Under the pieces are notes generated by a model, which worked only from the letters and a program-made list of their open reading frames with translations, ran no database searches and was not told the origin of the DNA. DNA of 64,000 nt, from positions 14,942,001 to 15,006,000 of the forward strand of contig NC_043025.1 in the NCBI RefSeq assembly GCF_006345805.1, in the 5' to 3' direction. Positions 63,656 through 64,000 of this stretch are shown here, in pieces. The translations under genes were made by a program, and so were the position numbers. This DNA comes from Octopus sinensis. Taxonomy: Eukaryota. The first letter of the stretch is position 1. Every line of letters begins with the position of its first letter.

Positions 63656-64000
63656 TATATATATACACACATATATATATATGTATGTATGTATGTGTGT
63701 ATATGTGTATGCATGTATGTGTGTGTGTGTGCGTGTCTGTGCTTGTGATTGTCCTCCACCACTGCTTGACAACGAATGTTGGTTTGTTTACATCCCTGTC
63801 ATCTAGTGGTTTGACAAAGGAAACAGATAGAATAAGTACAATGCTTACAAAAATAAAACTGGAGTTGATTCATTAAACTACAATTCTTCAAGGCATTGCC
63901 CCAGCATGGCCACAGACCAATGGCTGGAAAAAGCAGAAGAATAAAAGAATACATTCTCTGCTTTGGTCTTATGTTCAAGGCATGAGAAAGCTTGAGTTTA

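Overview
AT-rich, microsatellite- and transposon-dense eukaryotic DNA. The SINE/LINE families resemble those of an Octopus genome; this comes from my recognition of the families and was not database-checked. The only host-gene signal is a short first coding exon on the minus strand (35313-35380, MAVRHSILYVRIGEAKELPPKD, followed by a GTAAGT donor). It matches the N-terminal C2 strand of GAP1-family RasGAPs (RASA4/RASAL1-like), so bases 1-35312 are probably its first intron. Most of the window is mobile DNA: three tRNA-derived SINE families, CR1-, RTE- and Hero/R2-like LINE fragments, a Penelope RT/GIY-YIG remnant, many Penelope-type termini carrying minimal hammerhead-ribozyme motifs, mariner/Tc1 remnants, Helitron-like elements, and a decayed Academ-like transposase split by two TSD-bounded insertions. 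The most unusual structures are (i) a head-to-tail satellite of about 185-bp SINE heads (10 + 16 heads, 7541-13756) inside a SINE-mediated duplication, (ii) several hammerhead-motif families with covarying stems and a recurrent non-canonical core, and (iii) many fold-back inverted repeats. Nearly all long ORFs in the supplied track are microsatellite or SINE artefacts. Scattered 1-bp indels between duplicated blocks suggest that parts of the assembly are unpolished or haplotypic.
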